Part shown: piece after piece, positions 24,149-32,243 of the stretch | How positions within the stretch are numbered: position 1 is the first letter of the stretch | How the letters are laid out: every line of letters begins with the position of its first letter | Source of the DNA: an uncultured bacterium | Lineage (GTDB): Bacteria > Hydrogenedentota > Hydrogenedentia > Hydrogenedentales > JAEUWI01 | Length of the DNA stretch: 32,243 nucleotides | NCBI GenBank assembly: GCA_963977445.1 | Contig: CAXBPH010000052.1 | Span: 1 to 32,243, forward strand | Direction: 5' to 3' | Notes under the pieces: generated by a model | What the model was told of the DNA's origin: nothing | Databases searched by the model: none | Seen by the model: only the letters and a program-made list of their open reading frames with translations | Position numbers and translations under genes: made by a program

Positions 24149-26461
24149 ATGTCCAGAGACTTTTCAACGGTTGTTGATGATTTCACCAGTGATCGGCCAA
24201 AAACCAGAGCGCCTGGTATTCATTTCGACATCAAGCGCTTTCTGAATCTTCGCCTCTTGTCGGTTGTGGTGATTGCTGCGGTACTTAGTTTGCCCCTTGC
24301 CATAGCGGGCTGGTTCGCCGCGCCGGACGTATTTACCGCCTCCGCCGTGCTGCACTTCAGTTCAGTAGACGTTAATTTTCTAGATCAGACAAATAATAAT
24401 GCCACCGTGTCCTACGAGAAATTCGTGGGTACGGAGTTGGCGAAGTTGAAACACAATATCGTGCTCGACCGCGTCTTAGAGATGCCCGAAATACTCAAAT
24501 TGCCCAGCATTGCGAATCAGGTCGACAAACTCGCCTACCTTATGGGCACGCTCAGTACCAGCAAATCCCGTGACAATGAGCTCGTTACCGTCTATTGCAC
24601 CATGAAGTCTCGCGACGAAGCCCTTCTCGTGCTCCAGAAAGTGATGGAAGTCTATGAGACGCAGACGCTGACGCGCATTTCCAGTGCCGACACGTATCAA
24701 ATAAGGATTTTAAATGAACAAAAGGAAGCGCGCGGTATTGAGCTGGATCAACAGCGTACACGTATAGAAGAGCTGGAAGGCGTCCTTGGTTCGATGGACG
24801 GAGGCAGCACGGAGAACAGCAAAGAGGCCGAGCAATATCGCGAAGAATTTCTTGCTGCCCAGGAGCGTGTTCGCAAGACAGAAAACGCGGTTTCTGACGT
24901 AGAAGAACTTCAGCAGAAGATCGACGCCATAAAAGCGCGCCATGCTGCAGACAAGAGTGCTCCCATCTACGAGTTTGATATAGAAACATCGGTTGTACAG
25001 GATCCCCGTGTAAGTAGTTCACAAGCTCAATTGAGTGCGATGGAAAGTCAGGTGGCCTTATTGGCCCAAAGCCACAAGCCCAGCCATCCGGCGCTACAAG
25101 CAGCGAATCGAGAGCTTGAATCGGTGGCGACCAATGTCATTAAAAAAGAGCAATTGGCCCGAACGGATGCCTTGAAAACCGTTGAAGGTCAGTATGTATT
25201 GCAGTTGGAAGCGGCCGAGCGTGCCCTGAGCGACGAGAAAGCGGGTCTGGAATCGGCCCAGAAACGATATGACGACTATGTGGAGAGTCAGGCGGCGAAT
25301 CGGGAAACAGCGTCCAAGGAACGAGCTCGTATCCAACAGTTGAAAGAACTGTCAGACACCAACCGGAACTTCATCGCACAACTCGAAAGCCGGATTCGGC
25401 AAATTCAGCTGGACGAACGGGCGCCAGCCAAGGTGAGTATTGCGTCGCAACCGTACGCCTCCCCGATAAAAGACCGGAAAACCAAGTTTCTCCTGGCCAT
25501 TCTGGGCGTTATGGTGGCCATTGGTCTGGGGGTGGCGTATGGTGTGGCCCGCGAATTGCTGGATCGTCAAATCCGCACACGTCAGGACATCGGGCGTATT
25601 TCCGACCTGCCCACGATTGCTGCCATCCCTCACCTCAGCGAAGATCGTTTCCTGCACGATGCGGACAGTGCACTGCTGATGGCGCAGCACCCCAACTCCA
25701 CCATTGCGGATGAATTTCGACGCATTCTCGCGCGCATACTCTTTCCCGAAGATAACGCTGCGGAAATTGGCTCCCTCCTGGTAGTAAGTGCCAGCACCGA
25801 GGAGGGAAAGACAATGGTTGCGACCAATCTTGCCATCGCCCTGGAGCAGGCGAATCGGCGGGTCCTGCTCATTGACCTGAGCTCTCAAAAACCGGATATC
25901 GAGAGAAAATTCGGTATCGAGCCAGGTCCAGGTCTGTCAGAATTGCTCAAAGGGGAATATGAGCGGGAAGATCTTGTTCGCCGTACCGCGTTTGAGAACC
26001 TTGGCGTAGTTGGCCCCGGGCTGGACGCAGATGCACTGGCAGGTCGACTGGCTTCGCGGGAGATGATGGACTTCATGGAATGGGCCGACGAACATTTCGA
26101 CCACATTGTAGTAGACACGCCGCCGCTCCTTTTTATGTCAGATGCAAAGTTGTTGGCCCCGGCCATGGATGGAGTCCTGTTTGTCGTAGGCGCTGGTGCG
26201 TCTTCCCTGGGTATGGTAAGTCGTTGTCTGAACGACTTGGAACAGTTGCGCGCCAACATTATCGGCATTGTGATTAACGGTATGCGCGGTATGCGCGGTG
26301 GCTATATGCGAAAAAATCAAAATCTCTTCTATGCCTATACTGAAAAGGCGCAAGAGGAAGTTGTGACCGGCAGTGTGCCAGATATTAATGTACTGGATGA
26401 AGATGTGCCAGATTCCGTAGAGTCGGAAGTGGTTTTATTGCCCTACGATGACGAGAAGTGA
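24149..26461 (+). CDS. wzc: Polysaccharide co-polymerase / BY-kinase (Wzc family)
   Basis: Two TM segments flanking a coiled-coil periplasmic region; DRQIRT; ADEFRRI; Walker A SASTEEGKT; Walker B IVVDTPP; C-terminal tyrosines. Confidence 0.92.
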   Translation: MSRDFSTVVDDFTSDRPKTRAPGIHFDIKRFLNLRLLSVVVIAAVLSLPLAIAGWFAAPDVFTASAVLHFSSVDVNFLDQTNNNATVSYEKFVGTELAKLKHNIVLDRVLEMPEILKLPSIANQVDKLAYLMGTLSTSKSRDNELVTVYCTMKSRDEALLVLQKVMEVYETQTLTRISSADTYQIRILNEQKEARGIELDQQRTRIEELEGVLGSMDGGSTENSKEAEQYREEFLAAQERVRKTENAVSDVEELQQKIDAIKARHAADKSAPIYEFDIETSVVQDPRVSSSQAQLSAMESQVALLAQSHKPSHPALQAANRELESVATNVIKKEQLARTDALKTVEGQYVLQLEAAERALSDEKAGLESAQKRYDDYVESQAANRETASKERARIQQLKELSDTNRNFIAQLESRIRQIQLDERAPAKVSIASQPYASPIKDRKTKFLLAILGVMVAIGLGVAYGVARELLDRQIRTRQDIGRISDLPTIAAIPHLSEDRFLHDADSALLMAQHPNSTIADEFRRILARILFPEDNAAEIGSLLVVSASTEEGKTMVATNLAIALEQANRRVLLIDLSSQKPDIERKFGIEPGPGLSELLKGEYEREDLVRRTAFENLGVVGPGLDADALAGRLASREMMDFMEWADEHFDHIVVDTPPLLFMSDAKLLAPAMDGVLFVVGAGASSLGMVSRCLNDLEQLRANIIGIVINGMRGMRGGYMRKNQNLFYAYTEKAQEEVVTGSVPDINVLDEDVPDSVESEVVLLPYDDEK

Positions 26462-26748
26462 CGTCGGGCCGTTCCTAATACCCCTATAACGAAGAGCGGC
26501 CAATCGAAAGCTTGTTTCCTTCTGTGATAGGGTGAATAGGGTGTAGAATAGTTAATGAAAAAGACTGGATAGCCTGAGGCGCATTATCAATGGAGAGTAG
26601 CGCGTGACCTCAGAATCAGTTGGATGTGAATGACACGTTGCAGGTATCAGTGAGCTGTTGGGCGGCAGAAGCTCTCCAGAAAGCGGTGTAGTTGGCGGAG
26701 TTGGTGGTTAATATTCGCTTAAAAATCCTGAAGGATACAGGGGAAGTT

Positions 26749-29700
26749 ATGTCGAAAAAGTTGTGGTTAGTGTTGGCCGGCGTGAGTGTTTTGGTGGTCG
26801 TAGTCGTCGTAGGGATTGGTGTTGCCTATGTTGCGGTGCCCCGTTATCGGGCCCAACAGCACCTTTCAAACGCCGGGATTGCGGCCGAAGCCGGTCGGAT
26901 TGGCGAAGCGAAACAGTACTACCGGGAATATCTGTATCTAAACCCGACCGATGACGACGTGCTGGAAGCCTATGCTGAGCTATGTGTAGCGCAGCTTTCG
27001 GATCGTCGGAGTAATCTGGTCGATGCCGGTCGCGCTTACCTCAAGCTCTATCAGCTGGACTCCACCAATACGGCCCGGCTGGAGCAGCTATTCAATTTCT
27101 ATCGCCACCACCAATTCTGGGAAGATTTGGAGGCCGTTGTTTCACGAATCGAAACCCGTGGAGGTGCTAGTGCGGCCACCGATTATGAGAAAGCCGTTGC
27201 GATCCACGAACAAGGACGAACGGCGGATGCTGTGGTGGCTTTTGAAACGTATTTGGCGGATGCGACTCGAGAGAGACACGATATACCCCTGCGACTTGCC
27301 CGCATTCTACGAGAGCAGGAACGGGTTTCCCAGGCGGTAGAATTGTTGGATTCGGAACTGGCCAAGGCGCCCGACGATCTCGGTGCCAAATCAAATTATG
27401 CAAACTACCTGATGGACGATGGGGACTTGGAGAAAGCGGCAGCCATGCTACCCGCGTCCATTGATATCGCCAATGTCAGTCGTGATGTCAGTGCGACTGA
27501 AATCCGTTTGCGCAGCATGCAGGCCGATTATGAAGCGGTACTTGCACTGACAAAAGCAGCCATGGAGAAATTTCCGGACGAGCCGGAATTCATGATGAGT
27601 CACCTGATATCAATTGAGCGCGTTCAGGGAAGCGATGAGGCCCTCAGCTACGTAGAGTCCCTGGAGCCAGTCGTCCGCGTGGATGCACCCGGTATCCTGA
27701 TGCTCGAAATTGAGCTCCAGCTGGCGGCGGGTCAGTGGGAACAGGCCGATGAAGCCCGGCAGCTTTATCTGAAAGCCTATCCGGCGCAGCTCGCGACAGA
27801 CGAATATCTCAATGGGCGTATTGCATTTTCCCGCGAATCCTACGAAGATGCACGAAAGAATTTTACGCTGGCCGTAGAAATGAACCCGACACTGGACAGG
27901 GCAAGGTTTTTCCTCGCCCTCACCATGTTGCAACTCGACGACAAGGCCGGTGCCCAGGTTTCGCTGGAGCTTTACCTTCGTAACAACCCGGAGGATCGCC
28001 AGGCCCGACAGTTGTGGTCACGGTATTTCGATCGCAATCGCTCCGCGCTCGAATTGCGGACGGTGGGTAAACGCTACCTCAGTGAAGAAAACCCCTCGAT
28101 AGATGATTTGCAATTTACCGCCCAGGACCTGCTGGCAAGTGGCGAAGCAGAGGACGAAGAACTCGCCAAACAGCTGGTGGAGAAGGCTCTCGAGCTGGAT
28201 CCAAGATCGCCTCGCAACTATACCGCGTTGGCGGGCTTTTATCTGGAGGCCGGTCAGGTAGACGCCGCCGAGTCTATATTGGCGAAGGCTGAGGAGCATG
28301 GAATCGCGCGCTCCGAGTTTGCGCTGCTGGACGCGAGTATTGCCCTCGGCCAGAGCGACAAAGAAAAGGCCCTTGAGATAGCCAGAGCCGCGCTGGAGTC
28401 TGCTGACCTGACTGATGTGAAGGCGTGGGCGACGTTCTTTTCCCGTCGCGGCCACTTACGCACTGGGCAGCAACTTCTTGATGACTACAGTGCAAATACC
28501 TCCGGCGAAGCACTTTTTTCACTCATGTTATTTCGGGTGGAGCTTGCCCTTCAGTTTGACGAGGCGAAGACTTCGCTCGAATTGCTTCGTAAGGCCGAAG
28601 AAAGTGCGCCAGCAACGGACGGCGATCTGTCTGCACTGAATCGGCTGCGTATTTTGGTGGCCCAGCGACTTATTTTTAGTGGCAACGTGGACCTGGCCAT
28701 GTCGGGCGACGAAATTTTGAATGCCGTCTCCGAATCTGATCCAGAAAACGGCGGGATTCATATACTGCGAGCCCGTGTCGCGCTTCGTGAGTCCCCCCCC
28801 AACCTGACAGAAGCAATCGCTCAGGTAGACAACATTGCCAAAGATTCGAGTCTGCAGAATGACGCGGCGCTCGTCCGCGCAGATGTTGCGATGCTCAATG
28901 GGGAGTATGATAAGGCGCAACGGTATGCGAAAGAAGTAATTGGCCGCTCACCAGACAACAAGTCCGCTTGGTACGTAGTCGGTGATGCCCAAAATAGAAT
29001 GGGCAGTGTCGAAGAAGCCCGTACGTCCATGGAGCGGGTGTTGGAAATTGACCGAAGCGATTCCCGTGCCATGCGTTCCCTCGTAATGATCTATTCGGCC
29101 ATGAAGCTCGACCGTAAGTCAGAAGCTATGATGTCAAAACTCGAGGATCTTGCCTCGATAAATACTGAGTTGAGCAGCGAAATCAGTCAACTGCGTACAC
29201 TCTTGGACTTACAGGCGGGTAACGTGGATGAAGCAGAAGCAGGGTTGCGTGAACGCATTGCTCAGGATCCAACCGACTATACGTCGGTGGATACGCTCGT
29301 AAAGTCGCTCGTGCGCAATCAACGAAGTGATGAGGCACTCGTCCTTCTTCGTGACTATCTTGAAAAAGAATCTCCCGACCTTCCCGAGCCTTGGGTGCTC
29401 TTGGGGCAAATACTCCTTGATCAGGGCGACCGCAGCAAATTGAGCGAGGCTTCCACGTCCTTCACTCAGGCTCTTGTCCTCGTGCCCGGATTTACACCGG
29501 CCCAGTTGGGAAATATCGACGTTCAAATCCGATTGGGTAATGACGGTGTGGCCATCGCCATGTGCGATCGATACCTTAACGGTCGATTGACCGACGGTGA
29601 GCCACTGAATGAACGAGACGCACAGGTGTTCTACAAACGGTCCGTGATGCGTTCTTCCAATGAGTCGGGCTATGCCGCAGCGATGACGGATGTGAACTCG

Positions 29701-30000
29701 GCCATCGAGATTGTGGAGCTACCCCAATTCTTAAGCTTGCGTGCTAAAATTCGAATGGGCCTGGGCGATTCAGATGGCGCAATAGAAGATGTAAAACGCA
29801 TCGCAGAATTGGTTGGCAAACTTTCTCTGTCCGACGAAATGACGATGGCGGAAGCCTACCTGAAAAATGGAGACCTTGAAAATGCCAGGCATTATGCGCA
29901 GTCATTGAACGGGAAAAAAGATGGCCTGCCCGATGGCTTGATTGGTCAGATAGATGACTTGAACGCCCGTATTTCCACCGAATTGGGGGAAAAGGAATGA
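26749..30000 (+). CDS. Large membrane-anchored TPR-repeat protein (PrsT-like, exosortase/EPS-associated)
   Basis: N-terminal TM followed by many TPR motifs (YLYLNPTD, AVEMNPTL, ALELDPRS, VLEIDRSD). The ATG at 26749 follows AGGGGAAG (ORF track 26692). Confidence 0.85.
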   Translation: MSKKLWLVLAGVSVLVVVVVVGIGVAYVAVPRYRAQQHLSNAGIAAEAGRIGEAKQYYREYLYLNPTDDDVLEAYAELCVAQLSDRRSNLVDAGRAYLKLYQLDSTNTARLEQLFNFYRHHQFWEDLEAVVSRIETRGGASAATDYEKAVAIHEQGRTADAVVAFETYLADATRERHDIPLRLARILREQERVSQAVELLDSELAKAPDDLGAKSNYANYLMDDGDLEKAAAMLPASIDIANVSRDVSATEIRLRSMQADYEAVLALTKAAMEKFPDEPEFMMSHLISIERVQGSDEALSYVESLEPVVRVDAPGILMLEIELQLAAGQWEQADEARQLYLKAYPAQLATDEYLNGRIAFSRESYEDARKNFTLAVEMNPTLDRARFFLALTMLQLDDKAGAQVSLELYLRNNPEDRQARQLWSRYFDRNRSALELRTVGKRYLSEENPSIDDLQFTAQDLLASGEAEDEELAKQLVEKALELDPRSPRNYTALAGFYLEAGQVDAAESILAKAEEHGIARSEFALLDASIALGQSDKEKALEIARAALESADLTDVKAWATFFSRRGHLRTGQQLLDDYSANTSGEALFSLMLFRVELALQFDEAKTSLELLRKAEESAPATDGDLSALNRLRILVAQRLIFSGNVDLAMSGDEILNAVSESDPENGGIHILRARVALRESPPNLTEAIAQVDNIAKDSSLQNDAALVRADVAMLNGEYDKAQRYAKEVIGRSPDNKSAWYVVGDAQNRMGSVEEARTSMERVLEIDRSDSRAMRSLVMIYSAMKLDRKSEAMMSKLEDLASINTELSSEISQLRTLLDLQAGNVDEAEAGLRERIAQDPTDYTSVDTLVKSLVRNQRSDEALVLLRDYLEKESPDLPEPWVLLGQILLDQGDRSKLSEASTSFTQALVLVPGFTPAQLGNIDVQIRLGNDGVAIAMCDRYLNGRLTDGEPLNERDAQVFYKRSVMRSSNESGYAAAMTDVNSAIEIVELPQFLSLRAKIRMGLGDSDGAIEDVKRIAELVGKLSLSDEMTMAEAYLKNGDLENARHYAQSLNGKKDGLPDGLIGQIDDLNARISTELGEKE

Positions 30001-30911
30001 GTTCCACCTCACTGGAATCAACTGCGGCGGTAGGCCCGATGACGTTGGCTAACCACTGGTCTGAGCGAAAGTATCGGTTGTTGTGCCTGTTGGGCGCCGT
30101 TGTCGTGCTAATCCTGGTCCTGTTTCATACTTCATTCAGGGAATTGGTACAGACTTGGCAACATGAAGATTCCTTATACTCCCATGCGATGCTAATTCCA
30201 CCCATTAGTTTATTTTTCGTGTGGATGAACCGTAAGTCGCTCTTGTCCATGCCGGTGGCGCCTTCTTTATTCGGCTACCCGGTACTATTTGCTGGTTGTG
30301 CATTCCTGTTGTTGGGGGATTTTCTTGGCTTCATGACCTTTGTGCACCTTGCACTGTTGCCCGTTCTGACCGGGCTTTGTTTGCTGTTTCTCGGGCGTGA
30401 AATAACAAAGACCGCTTGGTTTTCACTAGCATTTCTCTTTTTTATGATGCCCATGCCCTACGCCCTCACATCGGGTATTTCCTTTAAGAGTAAAATGTTG
30501 GCAACGGAATCTGCAGTTGCCATGGGGAAAATGCTCACCCTGCACATTGTGCAAGATGGTTCCTTTGTCTATTTGGGTGCCGATGGTGATCGTCTTCTGG
30601 TTGGTGATGTCTGCGGGGGCATGCGCTCTCTTGTCGCCCTATTGGCCTTCGGCGCGCTCATGGCCTATATTTCCAAGACCCGTCTCTGGGCAAGATTCCT
30701 GATATTGTTGATCTCGCCAGCCATTGCAATACTTGCGAATGTATCGCGAATCTTTTTTTTGTGCGTCGTCGGCTATGTATGGGGCAGCGAAGCGGCAACT
30801 GGATTGATTCACGATGTCTCCGGCATTGGGATTTTTGCGGTGGCCTTTGTGCTTCTGTTTTCAGTAGAAGCGGCGTTACGCCGTTTTGCACCTCAGAAAT
30901 CGGAGCGCTAA
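29997..30911 (+). CDS. epsH: Exosortase (EpsH/Xrt family transpeptidase)
   Basis: About 8 TM segments; YSHAMLIP; catalytic triad Cys (VGDVCGGMRSL), Arg (ANVSRI), His (IHDVSG); ATGA overlap with the TPR gene. Confidence 0.92.
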   Translation: MSSTSLESTAAVGPMTLANHWSERKYRLLCLLGAVVVLILVLFHTSFRELVQTWQHEDSLYSHAMLIPPISLFFVWMNRKSLLSMPVAPSLFGYPVLFAGCAFLLLGDFLGFMTFVHLALLPVLTGLCLLFLGREITKTAWFSLAFLFFMMPMPYALTSGISFKSKMLATESAVAMGKMLTLHIVQDGSFVYLGADGDRLLVGDVCGGMRSLVALLAFGALMAYISKTRLWARFLILLISPAIAILANVSRIFFLCVVGYVWGSEAATGLIHDVSGIGIFAVAFVLLFSVEAALRRFAPQKSER

Positions 30912-30915
30912 TCTG

Positions 30916-31551
30916 ATGAAGCACTACGTAATTGGATTGTTAATCCTGGTCTGTACGGCGGGTGTGCATACCGATATCCTTCGTGGTCAGGCCCGGGCGA
31001 GTTCTGCAGTCGATCACAATCCCGATCTGAACTTACCGGAGCGAATAAATTCGTATAGAAAGTTAGGCGATGATATCGATCCGGGCGACGAAGTACGTCG
31101 TGTGCTAGAGACGTCATCGATCCTGATGCGAAATTATATATCCCCTAGTGGCGTGCCCATTCTAGTAACTCTGGTATACGCGGGAGTATCACGTCGGAGC
31201 CTTCATTTTCCTGAAGTGTGCCTGGTGGGCCAAGGCTGGGAAATTGAGAAAGCCTATACAGCACCCGTGGGGATGGAATTCAGGGCAAAACGGATCGTGA
31301 TTTTCAGAGGCTCCCAGAAGCAAGCGGTAACTTACTGGTTCAAGACAGGGGATTCTTTTACGGGTAGCCCGTTCATAAATGCATTGTATTGGGGCAAGGA
31401 ACAACTTAAATCCGGCAGTACGTCGTCTACCATGATAAAACTCAGTATGCCCTTTTCCTCCAAAGGTGGCTTTGGGGAAGAGCAGGCATTTGCGGCTCTC
31501 GATGATCTGGCGTTGCGAATGGCGCCGATTTTACGCGAGAAAATCAAGTAA
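30916..31551 (+). CDS. epsI: Exosortase-associated EpsI family protein
   Basis: N-terminal anchor; LMRNY, SLHFPEVCLVGQGWEI and VTYWF motifs; directly follows the exosortase. The ATG at 30916 is preferred (ORF track 30886). Confidence 0.88.
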   Translation: MKHYVIGLLILVCTAGVHTDILRGQARASSAVDHNPDLNLPERINSYRKLGDDIDPGDEVRRVLETSSILMRNYISPSGVPILVTLVYAGVSRRSLHFPEVCLVGQGWEIEKAYTAPVGMEFRAKRIVIFRGSQKQAVTYWFKTGDSFTGSPFINALYWGKEQLKSGSTSSTMIKLSMPFSSKGGFGEEQAFAALDDLALRMAPILREKIK

Positions 31552-31567
31552 GATGGGAAAGGATATT

Positions 31568-32243
31568 ATGACTACGACCAATCTAATCGTCGGTATGCGC
31601 CGAGGATTCCTATTTTTGTTGTGCGGCAGCGTCGTGTTTATTGCGGGTTGTAGCGACCGCCGTAGCGAGCAGATGCGTGCCGAAGGCGACACACGCCGGG
31701 ACCTGAATCAATTCGAGCTCGCCCGCGTGGCCTACGAGCAGTCCATCGAAGCCAATCCGGAGAACCCCCGTGCAAAATTGGGTCTGGCGCTTTGCGATGT
31801 GGCCAGTAACCAAACTGATGAAGCATTGTCGCTGTTTGATGAGGTTATTGCCCTCGACCCAACTATTGAAGAGGCCTACGTTGAGGCGGCGCAATCCCTG
31901 TTGAAGGCCAAGCGCCTGGAAGAAGCCCTCGCTATGAGTGAGCGTTATGCCGGCCAGTTTTCCGAAAAAGGCGGGATTATGAAGGGCGTAATTCTTTCAA
32001 AAATGGGCCGCGCCGATGATGCGATCAGCACCCTGAAAAGCCTTTTGGAAACCCACGCGAATTCAGAAGAAATTCGGCTCAGTTTGGGTGCTGCCTATCT
32101 GGAGGGGGGGCAGATCGATGCGGCGGAAAAGCTCTTCCACGAATTGACCGAAGGTTCCACCAATGTCGCCAGCGCCGCCCGAATGGGGCTCATAGATATT
32201 TATCGGGCTCAGGGAAAGCTGGAAGAGCTCGTAGCGGAATTTG
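31568..32243 (+). CDS. TPR-repeat lipoprotein, 3'-truncated by the window edge (absent from the ORF track)
   Basis: GGAAAGGA RBS; MTTTNLIVGMRRGFLFLLCGSVVFIAGC lipobox; TPR motifs YEQSIEANPENPRAKLGLA and VIALDPTIEEAY; the frame is open to the end of the window. Confidence 0.85.
   Translation, partial: MTTTNLIVGMRRGFLFLLCGSVVFIAGCSDRRSEQMRAEGDTRRDLNQFELARVAYEQSIEANPENPRAKLGLALCDVASNQTDEALSLFDEVIALDPTIEEAYVEAAQSLLKAKRLEEALAMSERYAGQFSEKGGIMKGVILSKMGRADDAISTLKSLLETHANSEEIRLSLGAAYLEGGQIDAAEKLFHELTEGSTNVASAARMGLIDIYRAQGKLEELVAEF

Noticed and set aside
26278..26299. 9-nt tandem repeat CGGTATGCG in wzc
   Set aside because: Only two copies, in frame (GMRGMR), so it is not a phase-variation tract.
26570..26581. 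12-nt match TAGCCTGAGGCG shared with 12342-12353
   Set aside because: Exact 12-mer matches are expected by chance in 32 kb, and the match does not extend.
26660..26672. GGCGGCAGAAG as an ops/RfaH element in the EPS locus
   Set aside because: Poor match to GGCGGTAGNNTG and no JUMPstart context.

Overview
Bacterial genomic window, GC-rich by eye. The protein style resembles PVC-group or Hydrogenedentota-type organisms, but this is only a guess. The left half encodes secreted carbohydrate-active or redox proteins: an FAD oxidoreductase, a five-bladed propeller glycosidase-like protein, a parallel beta-helix protein and a beta-propeller protein. These are interrupted by an AT-richer Gabija-type anti-phage pair (OLD nuclease gajA plus UvrD-like gajB). 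The middle holds a sodium:solute symporter with a 49-aa membrane partner that the ORF track missed, a membrane protein of unknown function, and a stand-alone FHA-GAF protein. The right half is an EPS/exosortase locus (wza, wzc, a large TPR protein, exosortase, epsI, a TPR lipoprotein). It is headed by an unusual regulatory module: two back-to-back sigma-54 promoters drive a sensor-less sigma-54 activator on one side and, on the other, a small degenerate GGDEF protein that keeps the RxxD c-di-GMP site, followed by an SGNH hydrolase. The intergenic spaces contain several different REP-like or MITE-like palindromic elements. I recognised no tRNA, rRNA, CRISPR array or intact transposase.
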